Source: a virus
Lineage: Duplodnaviria > Caudoviricetes
DNA: 41,503 nt
Virus record (IMG/VR): IMGVR_UViG_3300025147_000024
Coordinates: 1 to 41,503 of that record
Reading direction: 5' to 3' (one strand)
Both the position numbers and the translations under genes were made by a program. Within the stretch, counting starts at the first letter, position 1. The number at the start of each line of letters is the position of its first letter. The notes beneath the pieces are model-generated. The model was not told the origin of the DNA. It ran no database searches and was given only the letters and a program-made list of their open reading frames with translations. Positions 28,001 through 36,645 of the stretch are shown piece by piece.

Positions 28001-28074
28001 GTGGGAACTCTGGATGGACTTTCAAATTTATTCCGATCATTATGTGGTTTTTCGGGATATTCAGCAAGAAATAA
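25048..28074 (+). CDS. Large beta-solenoid-like protein with three ~310-aa repeats; putative receptor-binding protein
   Basis: Thr/Asn/Gly-rich; recurring W..SGG..P..D.(V/A).FD..SF units. Confidence 0.7.
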   Translation: MANRYWVYNGGNINDTTHWSATSGGAGGASKPTIADNVIFDANSFTLNAQVVTQNEAFNCLSMDWTGITKTVTFSSSVYSLNLYGNLTLATNLTWLFTGTAYLNHKATGTVMTNGIVLNANRVYFDTAGIAVTNSDNANYGVASFYLTNGTWNTNGKTIISTGSFNTVAGTKVLTLGTSIFNIGTWINAVTAGFTFNANTSTVVITTASILTGVTTFYNLTCSGVATLTLANNITVTNALTLAGSTVSNRLKILSSVAGTQRTVTVPAAGVSPSNLDVQDMTFPNAVDMSAITGYSQNFGNNTGITFTASANLFFKHTSGATNWGDITKWFLADRSTQGRIPLIQDDVNFDNLSFTGTSTLNLNVAATCRSMNWTGLNQTVTLSSAVFSISIYGSTTLATGLVWTFTGTAYAYMCGVGNWNITTNGVVAVMNQLTFDRVGGTWICNDDLNFATTYIAHLNGTWDTNSYTIRVFQYTPLSGLKILILGSTNFYASNAFGYPSSAPGSWVITPGTSKIWTGLFQSYFSGLVFYDISAGSASIGTNTFKCHTLEVSGSLLLRNISELIVTNFIFKGTISARSAIDVQIVRRSKITADSVTMEYVDIYSIEGSGTANWDISGILGGSGDLGNNLNITFTATKTVFYVTTLLSCNWTDNSWKTLSGGAIATSNPLPQDLAIFDNNSFVGNTNLTINTSNICGINMELVSYPLSIIFTKEVFCSRDFIIGANITLATSTYVLNIRSNLDINVNFYNKTLYALRLLPIANKITLLGGFICTDSCCIGSKYLSLFGTVDFNDVNCSMYNFVFSQYNGTATLMLGNGTITITGTKESGVSGANAGDVLIYGQWSVIAGNLIAEGSTIKLLGVTSNDGGFEGGGKIYNKVWLSGTHTGYFDFRQPSLPTVNTINELIIDQGRKARFTAATTTNIGKLTALGSQANPITIGSVTAAPHNLIKTGADMVEVEYCNISNSIATPSDKWAAGDTSTDGGGNSGWTFKFIPIIMWFFGIFSKK

Positions 28075-28090
28075 TTAATAATCAATCGAA

Positions 28091-31000
28091 ATGATATTAA
28101 ATATAAACGGAGTAGAAACGACAATTGTAGCGGACGATTCAAGCTACAGGCACCGGGCAATTATGGGTGAGAATAGTCTTACCCTGACTTTTGCCCTGCC
28201 CGGATATTTAGACATTCCGGTTGGTTCGTTCTGTACTTTCCAAGGTGAAGTCTATACCCTGACAGAGCCACAGAACTTCAAGAAAAACAATACCCGTAAC
28301 TTCGAATATACCCTTATCCTTGACAGTGCACAAAGTCAGTTGGATAAATACAAATTCAGGGATACAGGTTCAAACCGGCTTAAGTTCAGCCTGACAGCAA
28401 GACCACAGGAACACCTTGCCCTGCTTGTCGCAAACATGAACCTTCGTGACAGCGGATGGGCAGTGGGGAGTTATACCGATGCTGCAGAGAAAAGCCTGTC
28501 ATTTAACCACAACTACTGCAGTGATGCAATGCGAATGATGGCAGAGGCTTTTGATACCGAATGGGAAGTTACCGGAAAGACTATTAACCTTAGAAAGGTT
28601 GAATACAATAAAACAGCTCCTTTGGCTTTGAGTTATGGCAGGGGTAACGGCTTTAAACCAGGTGTAGGGAGAACAAACATGGATTCAAGTAGACCAGCTG
28701 AGATCCTGTTTGTGCAAGGTGGTTCCCGTAACATTGACCCAAGCAAGTACGGAACCAGTGAGCTTCTCCTGCCAAAGAATCAACAGTACTCTTACGACGG
28801 ACGGATATACCAATCCGACTCTCAAGGGCTTTCTATTCGAAGAGCTGACAAGGCCTTGAAGTCTATGGAAGAGGATAGCCTTGACCTTTCGAACATTTAC
28901 CCGTCAAGGGTTGGAACGGTCAGCAGTACGGTTGCCGTGAATGTAGATGATCATTTCTATGATTTTATTGATAGCTCAATACCTGAAGCGCTTAATTTCA
29001 AAAGCTGCCTGATAGCCGGTGAGACTATGACCGTCATCTTTCAGACTGGAATGTTGGCAGGAAAGGAACTGGAAACAAGTTACGATCATGCAACCCGTAG
29101 ATTTGCGCTTGTGCCTCAGGAGATCGACGGTGTGACCATGCCGGATGAATTATTTAAGCCTGTCGCCGGTGACAAATACGCGGTGTTCGGAATTCAATTG
29201 CCGGATGCTTACGTGTGCGATAATACTACCAAGACAGGCGGATCATGGGATATGATGAAGCAGGCTTGTAAATATCTTTACGAGAATGAAGATCCACGCT
29301 TCTCATTCACCGGTGAACTTGATGGTATTTGGGCAAAAGCTCACTGGCTATCAGTCGGAGGAAAGATAAAACTTGGCGGGTATGTATCGTTTACTGATGC
29401 TCAATTCCAAACCTCTGCAGTGCTTATCCGGATAATCGGAATTAAGGACTACATCAACAATCCGTACAAACCACAGCTTGAGTTGTCGAATGTGACAGTT
29501 GGTCAAACTGTGGCCAGTGATTTAGCCAAATTGGAAACTACTGAGGTGGTGGTGGAACGCCTTCACAAAGATGCAATTCAATTCACTAAACGGAGATACC
29601 GGGACGCAAAAGAGACAATCCAATTATTGAGTAATTCACTTTTAAATTATTCAGGATCGATCAGTCCAATAGCTGTTCACACAATGCAAATGCTTGTTGG
29701 TGATGAAAGCCTGCAGTTCAGATTCGTTAATAACAAGGTCAATCCTGCCACTGTAGCCCATCAAATCGGATATAACAACACGGCTAAACTACTGTCAGCA
29801 GAAGCCGGGATCCTGCAGCACATGAGCCTTGGTATTGTCAGCATCTCATCAAGTCACGCTGCTTCGGAATATAAGTTTTGGGATATGGCCTCTTTTGTCA
29901 GTCCGTTTCTTGCTGACCCAACAGCTTACTATCTCTATGCCAAAGTAAGTAAGACCACGACAACCGGCGAATTCCTGCTTAGTCCTGTTGCCATTGCCAT
30001 TGAAGATGTACCAGGTTATTACCATTTGCTCACAGGGATTCTCAACAGTGAGCAGGATGGAGAGCGGAGCTTCGTAACGCTTTACGGTTTTACGGAGATC
30101 CTCCCGGGAAGGATAACGACTGACAGGCTTGTAAGCGCTGATGGTCTCAACTTTTTAGACTTCATTAATAATGCTTTTCACGTTGGTAATGCAAATACTT
30201 ATCTCGATTGGAATTCTCGTGGCGATGGTAAGCTAAGAATCAAAGGCACCTTACTACAGAGCGAAAGCGGAGCGGAGGCAATGCCCGGAGTATTCAGAGG
30301 GGCTTATATAAACGATGTCACTTACTACGAAGGTGATGAAGTGACTTATGCCGGATCAACTTATAGGTTTACTTCTGCCTCTGCAGGATCCGGATTTTTG
30401 CCTACTGATCAATCGCACTGGATGACGATTGCAGCTGCAGGCGCAAACGGGACCAATGGAACAAACGGGGAAAGCATCAAAGGTGATCCTGGTAGTGACG
30501 GGGCTTACTTTGAATATATCTATGCAAAGAATGGATCTACCACGGCGGCTCCTGCTTTAGTAACTACCGATACAGCACCTGCAGGATGGACAACGGCTAT
30601 GCCTGATCTTGTATCCTTTGAATACTTGTGGGTATCATCCACCAAAAAGACAGCAGCTGGGGCACTCCTTCAGAATTGGGGAACTCCTGTTCGCGTTTCA
30701 GGCAAAGACGGGGTCAATGGTCCTCCCGGATCAAGCGGAGCGGCAATGGCATACGCAGGGGTTTACGACAATGCCAAAACCTATAATGGCAGCAATCTCA
30801 GGGTTGATGCTGTTAAGTATGACGGTATTTATTATCTGGCAAGAACTGACGCCGGGACCTTCAGCGGAGTACTCCCAACGGATGCAAGTAAATGGAATCC
30901 TATCGGTGCTCAATTTGAACAGGTGGCCACTAATCTTCTTTTAGCTGAACAGGCCAATATTGCGGACTGGATCGTTAAGAGTGGAAAGATTACCAGTCAG

Positions 31001-31723
31001 AACAATCTCAGCGACGGGATAACGCCTAAAGCGATTCTTGACGGTGAGAACGGAGGTATGACACTCAAGTCAGAGGTGACAACGTACAGCCCAACGGGGC
31101 AAGATGTAACCATTGTTCAGACGGTGGAATTAAACAGTGATGCTGCAAAACTTGAAGCCCGGGCAAGCAACAACGAAGTAGCCTATATTTCATCTCAAGG
31201 AATCTTTGCGAACAAAGCAGGAATTCAGGCGCTGAGTGCTACTTCTGGGAGGGAGATAAAAGGGGCTGTTGTGGGTTTAGGTTTTGGGAGTTTAGTAAAA
31301 AACGCTTACTCAGCAGGCGGTGACGCGATCTGTGGGGTTTTTGGATTGGCCTCAAATTTCTATCAGCCCTCAGATAATGCCGCTCCAAGTTGGGGAGGAA
31401 TGTTCTACAAACTTCTGGCAAAGGGACTATATTTTGGAGTAAGGGTGGTACAAAATGCCCCTACCTTTCTGAATGACACTGATACATATGTCACCTGTTA
31501 CAACACTCAAACTCTTTACCTCTTCTTACCTCCGGAACCTCAAAACGGGCAAGTAATTGTAGTGCATAGAATGAACCAATCTCAGATAATGGTCTATGGC
31601 AACGGGCACAGTATCAGTCAGGCTGACATTTACGCGAATAATAGCGCTGGTGCAGGATGGGGTGACAAATCATTTTACATATGGGATGGAATTTATTGGA
31701 ATTATAATTATATGCCAAGATAA
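28091..31723 (+). CDS. Baseplate hub/central tail fibre protein
   Basis: N-terminal RAIMGENSLTL..YGRGNG hub-like region, short collagen G-X-Y runs, YYEGDEVTYAGSTY CBM-like module. Confidence 0.8.
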   Translation: MILNINGVETTIVADDSSYRHRAIMGENSLTLTFALPGYLDIPVGSFCTFQGEVYTLTEPQNFKKNNTRNFEYTLILDSAQSQLDKYKFRDTGSNRLKFSLTARPQEHLALLVANMNLRDSGWAVGSYTDAAEKSLSFNHNYCSDAMRMMAEAFDTEWEVTGKTINLRKVEYNKTAPLALSYGRGNGFKPGVGRTNMDSSRPAEILFVQGGSRNIDPSKYGTSELLLPKNQQYSYDGRIYQSDSQGLSIRRADKALKSMEEDSLDLSNIYPSRVGTVSSTVAVNVDDHFYDFIDSSIPEALNFKSCLIAGETMTVIFQTGMLAGKELETSYDHATRRFALVPQEIDGVTMPDELFKPVAGDKYAVFGIQLPDAYVCDNTTKTGGSWDMMKQACKYLYENEDPRFSFTGELDGIWAKAHWLSVGGKIKLGGYVSFTDAQFQTSAVLIRIIGIKDYINNPYKPQLELSNVTVGQTVASDLAKLETTEVVVERLHKDAIQFTKRRYRDAKETIQLLSNSLLNYSGSISPIAVHTMQMLVGDESLQFRFVNNKVNPATVAHQIGYNNTAKLLSAEAGILQHMSLGIVSISSSHAASEYKFWDMASFVSPFLADPTAYYLYAKVSKTTTTGEFLLSPVAIAIEDVPGYYHLLTGILNSEQDGERSFVTLYGFTEILPGRITTDRLVSADGLNFLDFINNAFHVGNANTYLDWNSRGDGKLRIKGTLLQSESGAEAMPGVFRGAYINDVTYYEGDEVTYAGSTYRFTSASAGSGFLPTDQSHWMTIAAAGANGTNGTNGESIKGDPGSDGAYFEYIYAKNGSTTAAPALVTTDTAPAGWTTAMPDLVSFEYLWVSSTKKTAAGALLQNWGTPVRVSGKDGVNGPPGSSGAAMAYAGVYDNAKTYNGSNLRVDAVKYDGIYYLARTDAGTFSGVLPTDASKWNPIGAQFEQVATNLLLAEQANIADWIVKSGKITSQNNLSDGITPKAILDGENGGMTLKSEVTTYSPTGQDVTIVQTVELNSDAAKLEARASNNEVAYISSQGIFANKAGIQALSATSGREIKGAVVGLGFGSLVKNAYSAGGDAICGVFGLASNFYQPSDNAAPSWGGMFYKLLAKGLYFGVRVVQNAPTFLNDTDTYVTCYNTQTLYLFLPPEPQNGQVIVVHRMNQSQIMVYGNGHSISQADIYANNSAGAGWGDKSFYIWDGIYWNYNYMPR

Positions 31724-31724
31724 T

Positions 31725-32204
31725 ATGACACAAAAAGCAAGAATCATCAATCGGAAATCAGTCGAAGTAATAGACTTTGAACAGGAAACAGCAATAGCAG
31801 AACAACGCTATCAGCAAGCGCTATCAACGGAGGGGTTGCCTCCTGAAGTACTGGAAGGGATTGAGCAGGAACATCTCGAAGCATTGCAGCGACTTGAATT
31901 ATTTATCCCATTTCTGCAAACAGATCCGCCTCAGGTAAGTGAGACACAAGAAGTAATTCCCTATTATGAAGAGATTAACGGAGCGGTCTGTCTGATGTGG
32001 GAGATCAAAGAGAATGATCCTGCAAAGATCGAAGCAAAGATAAATTCACTTAAAAGTGAACTTTCTTCAACGGACTACCAGGTTATAAAAGCTCAGGAAT
32101 ACGCGCTGGTTGGCGTGGTTTCAGAATACGACATAGTAGCGCTAAGCCAAATCAGACAAGCCCTTCGCAGTCAGATAAACACCCTCCAAGACCTCTTATT
32201 GTAG
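31725..32204 (+). CDS. Tail fibre assembly chaperone-like protein
   Basis: LKSELSSTDYQVIK..RQALRSQINTL; real start probably ATG 31725. Confidence 0.65.
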   Translation: MTQKARIINRKSVEVIDFEQETAIAEQRYQQALSTEGLPPEVLEGIEQEHLEALQRLELFIPFLQTDPPQVSETQEVIPYYEEINGAVCLMWEIKENDPAKIEAKINSLKSELSSTDYQVIKAQEYALVGVVSEYDIVALSQIRQALRSQINTLQDLLL

Positions 32205-32221
32205 GAGGGTGTATTTTTTTT
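32179..32221 (+). terminator. Intrinsic terminator ending the tail operon
   Basis: ACACCCTCC/GGAGGGTGT stem followed by a T8 tract. Confidence 0.65.
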
Positions 32222-32230
32222 CAATATATG

Positions 32231-32262
32231 TGTGCTTAATGAGAACATTTATTTTAACTTTG
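32231..32262 (+). promoter_or_regulatory. Lysis cassette promoter overlapped by 17-bp motif copy 3
   Basis: TAACTTTG 32255-32262; TGTGCTTAATGAGAACA 32231-32247. Confidence 0.65.
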
Positions 32263-32335
32263 GTCAAAAGTTTATCTTTTACCGAAATGATCTAAAAGGT
32301 CATACCTAATAGCCGAAAGGTGTAAATGGAGAATT

Positions 32336-32809
32336 ATGGATTCAGATGTAATTTTATTGATGGACAAAATCGAAAAGCTTTTTACTACTCAAACAAATTC
32401 AATCAATATCCAATTGGTTGACATGAAATTGCAGGCCTCAAAGACGGAGAATAAAGTTGAAGAAATACGGGAAAAGATTCAAAACCTTATCAATGCTGAG
32501 ACCCTCCATTACATAGAATGTCCGATTAATTTAAAAGTTAAAGAAATTGAAAATCAATATGATGAAATCAAGTTTGTGAAGAAGTACCCGCAATTACTTC
32601 AAACGCTTGACTTAATCCTTGAATACAAAGTTGTATTTCTTATTTCGTCGGTGGTTTTTGCTCTCACAACCTTTGTCGGTATAACAGAAGGGGTTGCAAC
32701 ATTTAAAGATTATATGGCAAAAAACAAACAGACTCAGGAACAGGTAAATACAAACACAAAATATATTAAAGGGGAAGAACAAAAAGAGATTAATAGCATG
32801 AACAAATGA
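32336..32809 (+). CDS. Membrane-anchored coiled-coil protein (holin/antiholin candidate)
   Basis: One TM segment; ATGA-coupled to the endolysin gene. Confidence 0.55.
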   Translation: MDSDVILLMDKIEKLFTTQTNSINIQLVDMKLQASKTENKVEEIREKIQNLINAETLHYIECPINLKVKEIENQYDEIKFVKKYPQLLQTLDLILEYKVVFLISSVVFALTTFVGITEGVATFKDYMAKNKQTQEQVNTNTKYIKGEEQKEINSMNK

Positions 32810-33312
32810 CACCAAAACAGTTTGTAAATCAATTCCTTTCGTTTGCAAAGCAGACAGAAATTAAAACCGGAATTTCTGCAATTGCCATCCTTGCTCAAGC
32901 AGCTCTTGAAAGCGGGTGGGGGGAGTCCGCACCTGGTAATATGTTTTTTGGGGTGAAAGACACAGACGGGGTAAATGGTAATGAACAGCTTTTGACCACA
33001 ACAGAATACAGCCGTAGAAATGATCTGAAATTCCCGGTTATCCTCTCAATAGTTCCGGTTGTACGCGATGGGCAGAAATATTTTAAATACACTGTTAAGG
33101 ATTACTTTAGAAAGTATGAAACCCCTGAAGCTTGCTTTACTGATCATGTTCAGTTTTTCTTCAAAAATCCAAGATACTCAACAGCTCTTAACTTCAAATC
33201 AAATACGGATCGATTCATTGAAGAAATTGCGAAAGCCGGTTATGCCACTGACCCCAACTATGCCACGTTGCTTAAATCGGTCGCGCGATCGGTAGAAAGG
33301 GCAATTGTATGA
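32806..33312 (+). CDS. Endolysin, GH73 glucosaminidase/FlgJ-like
   Basis: AQAALESGWG, NMFFGVK, FRKY, GYATDPNY. Confidence 0.92.
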   Translation: MTPKQFVNQFLSFAKQTEIKTGISAIAILAQAALESGWGESAPGNMFFGVKDTDGVNGNEQLLTTTEYSRRNDLKFPVILSIVPVVRDGQKYFKYTVKDYFRKYETPEACFTDHVQFFFKNPRYSTALNFKSNTDRFIEEIAKAGYATDPNYATLLKSVARSVERAIV

Positions 33313-33590
33313 AAACCGGATTCTTTGACTCAGTAAGTGGCAATTCATCCAGTGCCAGAATGATTGGGTATACAATCATTTGTATTGCTCTGATTATCTC
33401 AGTGTGTCTGGCATGGTGGGGCAAAGAGGATGTTGTAAAGTGTGCTGGTGCAATTGCTATCCAATTCCCGGCAATGACTACACCGGTATTGGTCTACCTT
33501 TTCAAAAACAAGCAGGATGAGATCCAGCACGAAGAAACAAAGCAGGAAACAATATTATTAACCGATAAAATACCGTCAATCAATGACTAA
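33309..33590 (+). CDS. Holin (putative)
   Basis: Two hydrophobic segments; SSARM motif; follows the endolysin gene. Confidence 0.65.
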   Translation: MKTGFFDSVSGNSSSARMIGYTIICIALIISVCLAWWGKEDVVKCAGAIAIQFPAMTTPVLVYLFKNKQDEIQHEETKQETILLTDKIPSIND

Positions 33591-34149
33591 ATACTTAATT
33601 GGCTTAGCCGTGATACTGGCTATCGCTTTAACATTTTCAGTAAAAACCTGCAAGGATAATAAAGCAGATGCAGACAGGCAGTCGGCGAATATGGAACAGA
33701 TAACCTGGGATCATAACCGCGACTTGACCTTGACAAAATATGAGTATTCAAAATTACAGGGGGAGTTCAAAGATAAAATTGACAGCGTAACCAAAGCGAA
33801 TAAGATTAAACCTAATCAGATCAAACAAGCGACTGCAATTAAGATCCAGTACAGAGACACGGCCATTGCCAAGATCGTTTACAGAGACGCCATATCAAAG
33901 CCTGATGGATCGTTTATTATTCCCGTCTCATTTGATTCTCAGTGTTGGTCAATGAAAGGTACAATATTAACTAAAGATTCTTTGTCACTTTTTGCCATTA
34001 CGGAAAAGAGAGCAAATAATGATATTCAGCTGATCGTGACAAATCCAAAATACTTTTTAGGGTTTCTTTGGAGAACGAAGAAGGGAGCTTATAATGCTTT
34101 TAGTGATTGTGGGAAAGTTGACTTTACGGATATAAAGTTTATAAAATAG
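33583..34149 (+). CDS. Spanin-like protein (putative)
   Basis: N-terminal TM plus coiled coil; last gene of the lysis cassette. Confidence 0.6.
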   Translation: MTKYLIGLAVILAIALTFSVKTCKDNKADADRQSANMEQITWDHNRDLTLTKYEYSKLQGEFKDKIDSVTKANKIKPNQIKQATAIKIQYRDTAIAKIVYRDAISKPDGSFIIPVSFDSQCWSMKGTILTKDSLSLFAITEKRANNDIQLIVTNPKYFLGFLWRTKKGAYNAFSDCGKVDFTDIKFIK

Positions 34150-34179
34150 TTTGGTTAGTTGGTTTTAGTATTGGTTCGG

Positions 34180-34216
34180 TCCCTCTGTAGTCACTCGCTG
34201 CAGGGGGATTTTTTTT
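34180..34216 (+). terminator. Intrinsic terminator
   Basis: TCCCTCTGTAG/CTGCAGGGGGA stem followed by T8. Confidence 0.85.
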
Positions 34217-34262
34217 GAATCAAGTTATGGGTATCTTTGTTTAAATCTCAAAATATAATAAT

Positions 34263-34490
34263 ATGGATGATACGGCATACAACTTTGTTTCAAAATTCAG
34301 AATTGATAATCTCGAATTCACCGTGTTTGCAAACAAGGTAGGGAATTACTTTGTGGTTAATAAGGATATCGAAAATGGTATTCAAAACGGAATTCAAAAG
34401 GCTGATTTCTATATCAATTTTGAACAGTTACACGATATTTTTTCGGATGAAATTTCAGACAATCTGTTACGGGGAAAATTACCCAACTAA
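34263..34490 (+). CDS. Hypothetical 75-aa protein
   Basis: Own -7 box TATCTTTG (34232-34239); converges on the integrase with overlapping stop codons. Confidence 0.55.
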   Translation: MDDTAYNFVSKFRIDNLEFTVFANKVGNYFVVNKDIENGIQNGIQKADFYINFEQLHDIFSDEISDNLLRGKLPN

Positions 34491-35803
34491 ATCTGTTTTA
34501 CAACTGGCTTTTTCTTTTCTTTCTTCGTCTCCCGCACTGATCCAATTTTCAATTTAACCAGGTCAAGCACTTTCCTATTTGCTTCATCGATCAGGGCGTA
34601 ACTCTTGTCAATATAAATATCAGTTACCTTCATTTCCTCAGTGACATGGTTAAGAGCGGAATGGACCGTGTATTTATTCACCTTTGCCTGATTGGTTGCT
34701 ATCGTTGCCCAGCTGTGGCGTGAAGCATAGAATTCAAGATCCTCAGCCTTGACAGTCTCATGCTTACCGATCAGCTTTAACCCTTTATTCACCGCTGTAC
34801 CGAATGTGTCGGGGCTGATATAATTTTGATAAAAGCTGAATACCCTCTTACCTGTTTTATCCCTGTACTTCTCAACCAGAGCCTTAATCTCAGGTTCAAT
34901 CCTAATGCTGATCTCCGCCTTATCTTCACGCCTGTTCTTAGTCTTGGTGCGGTTATAGGTGATCCTGCCATCCTTAATACTTTCACAGCTATAAAGATCT
35001 ACAGTATTCATCCCCACCAATCCAAAAGAAAGTAAGAACATATCCCGGGCAAAGTTGAAAAGATTCATCCCCTGATGAGATACTACTTGATAGGGGAGTT
35101 TGGCAATGGCTTGGATTGTTTCGATGGGTACCGCTCTTTTACGGGTTACCGGTGACTTGGGTACCTTGAACTTTGCAAAAGGCGAAAGCGGAATATTAAT
35201 GATCCCGTTATCTTCATCGTTATACTCATCCTTTGCCATATTGTGAAGTGCCCGGATGTTGGAGAGGTAAAGCGAAACGGCTCTTTCTCCTTTTTCTCTT
35301 TTGGATGGAGCTGGCTTCGATTCAATCCAGTTGACGTACAACTTCAAAAAATTAACATTGATCTCTGAAATGTCAAGTGTATCTCTCCCTAAGTAGGTCT
35401 CAAGGGAATTCAGCATCACATTATAAGTTTTCGCGTTTCCGGCTCTGTTCTTCGCTTGCATCTCAACGATCTTGTCTCTGCCATACGCGATGAAGTCTAA
35501 TCGGAAAGATCCCTTCTTTTCATTGTAGGTCTCAAGGTAATGGAGTACCTGGTCCGCGTCCATATCCTTGACCCGTTCTCCCAAGGCGTCACAGGCTTTT
35601 CTATACTTCTTAATCGTGCGGTCCAACTCATCAATGATGGATTGGTTTTTTATTTTGAATCCTTTGGTGAGATCATCTTTGGTCACAAAGTAAGTAGTGG
35701 CAATATGACGCTTCATCCGATGGTGAGTAATCCGGATCTTGATATTGAAGGTGCCATCCTCTTTTCGATGGTGTTTATAAACTACTGCTTTAAAAGTTGT
35801 CAT
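34487..35803 (-). CDS. int: Tyrosine integrase (Bacteroidota type)
   Basis: Arm-binding N-terminus (IKIRITHHR), SAM-like core, GMNTVDL, YNRTKT, YASRHSWATIA, LNH, TDIY; start ATG 35803. Confidence 0.95.
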   Translation of the reverse strand: MTTFKAVVYKHHRKEDGTFNIKIRITHHRMKRHIATTYFVTKDDLTKGFKIKNQSIIDELDRTIKKYRKACDALGERVKDMDADQVLHYLETYNEKKGSFRLDFIAYGRDKIVEMQAKNRAGNAKTYNVMLNSLETYLGRDTLDISEINVNFLKLYVNWIESKPAPSKREKGERAVSLYLSNIRALHNMAKDEYNDEDNGIINIPLSPFAKFKVPKSPVTRKRAVPIETIQAIAKLPYQVVSHQGMNLFNFARDMFLLSFGLVGMNTVDLYSCESIKDGRITYNRTKTKNRREDKAEISIRIEPEIKALVEKYRDKTGKRVFSFYQNYISPDTFGTAVNKGLKLIGKHETVKAEDLEFYASRHSWATIATNQAKVNKYTVHSALNHVTEEMKVTDIYIDKSYALIDEANRKVLDLVKLKIGSVRETKKEKKKPVVKQI

Positions 35804-35835
35804 TTGCTGAACCACATTTGAACCACATCGTGGAA

Positions 35836-35843
35836 CAAATATA
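35836..35843 (-). promoter_or_regulatory. -7 box of the integrase promoter
   Basis: TATATTTG on the minus strand, ~33 nt upstream of the int ATG. Confidence 0.6.
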
Positions 35844-35895
35844 GTATTTAAGTGTGTAAAGTAAACTATCAACCTAAATTTAAGCCCTTATTTTG

Positions 35896-35912
35896 TGTGC
35901 TTATTAAGAACT
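35896..35912. promoter_or_regulatory. 17-bp motif copy 4 (in attP arm)
   Basis: TGTGCTTATTAAGAACT. Confidence 0.55.
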
Positions 35913-35928
35913 TTAAACCCTTGTAACT

Positions 35929-35965
35929 AAAAAGACCTGAACCCTTTACGAATTCAGATCTTTTT
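35929..35965 (-). terminator. Terminator directly after the tRNA 3' end in attP
   Basis: Minus strand AAAAAGATCTGAA..TTCAGGTCTTTTT; the one non-Watson-Crick pair is G-U only on this strand. Confidence 0.75.
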
Positions 35966-36016
35966 GTAGCCTCACCGCGACTCGAACGCGAATCTAAAGT
36001 TTAGGAAACTTCCATT
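35965..36016 (-). mobile_element. attP: attP core: 3' two-thirds of tRNA-Arg(CCT)
   Basis: Minus strand GAAGT-TTCCTAA-ACTTT (anticodon CCT), AGAT, TCGCG-TTCGAGT-CGCGG, TGAGGCT-A; no 5' acceptor strand or D-arm upstream; adjacent to int. Confidence 0.9.
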
Positions 36017-36137
36017 TTGATGCATCTAAACAGTTAAGGATAAATATATTATAAATTTGTGATTTTGTTTTTGTGGAACTATTGGAGAACAACGCAAAAA
36101 AGTATGAAATTTCAGGAACCCTTTTTTGGCAAGAAAA

Positions 36138-36365
36138 TTAAAGAGATTTATTAAAACAATCAATAATTCTGTCGAAAGCAGCTTTTAATTCATCCCTATT
36201 TATGACTTCATCCTTACCTTGTAAGGAAAGCTCATCTAAATTGTTCGTAAGTAACTTTTGATATAGTTTTACTCCTTCAATAAAGCCGTTATTAAAAGCT
36301 GTATTACTTACATCTTCCGGAACTATACCCGGCTTCAATTTATAGATATTTACGATATCATCCAT
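36138..36365 (-). CDS. Hypothetical protein
   Basis: Starts 1 nt after the stop of the HicA-like gene. Confidence 0.6.
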   Translation of the reverse strand: MDDIVNIYKLKPGIVPEDVSNTAFNNGFIEGVKLYQKLLTNNLDELSLQGKDEVINRDELKAAFDRIIDCFNKSL

Positions 36366-36366
36366 T

Positions 36367-36645
36367 TTATTTTAAATATCCTTTTTTATCCAAAATTTCA
36401 AAGTAGGCTTCTTTGCTCAATGGACATCTTGCAAGGTCCAAAAATTCAGTTTTTGAAAGCCCACATTGAAAGGCCATAGATTTTATGAGCGGATCTCTGA
36501 TATCATCACTGCCATGACTTATTTTTGTTGCTAAGACTAATTTGTCATCGCAATATAGGTGAAGGTATTTATGGTCTTTATTTGATTCAAGAAAGCCTTT
36601 TTTCACAAGATTTCTTAGGGTAGTTTTAGGGTCTAATACACTCAT
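36367..36645 (-). CDS. HicA-like toxin (putative mRNA interferase)
   Basis: 92 aa, L.KKGF..DHKY..TKISHG..I..LIKSMA.Q.GL..EF pattern typical of the HicA fold. Confidence 0.65.
   Translation of the reverse strand: MSVLDPKTTLRNLVKKGFLESNKDHKYLHLYCDDKLVLATKISHGSDDIRDPLIKSMAFQCGLSKTEFLDLARCPLSKEAYFEILDKKGYLK

Noticed and set aside
25048-31723. Diversity-generating retroelement or invertible shufflon acting on tail fibres
   Set aside because: No reverse transcriptase or invertase is in the window, and I saw no near-identical TR/VR pair or flanking inverted repeats by eye. A self dot-plot is needed to exclude this fully.
32283-32325. Short hairpins (TGATC/GGTCA; GCC-GAAA-GGT) in the lysis leader
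   Set aside because: Stems of 3-6 bp are too weak to call a regulatory RNA without covariation data.
34147-34178. TTGGTT/TAGT micro-repeats before the lysis terminator
   Set aside because: Low complexity with no spacers; not a CRISPR array, and no function can be supported.
35965-36040. Intact tRNA-Arg gene
   Set aside because: The 5' acceptor strand and D-arm are missing; this is an att core, not a functional tRNA.
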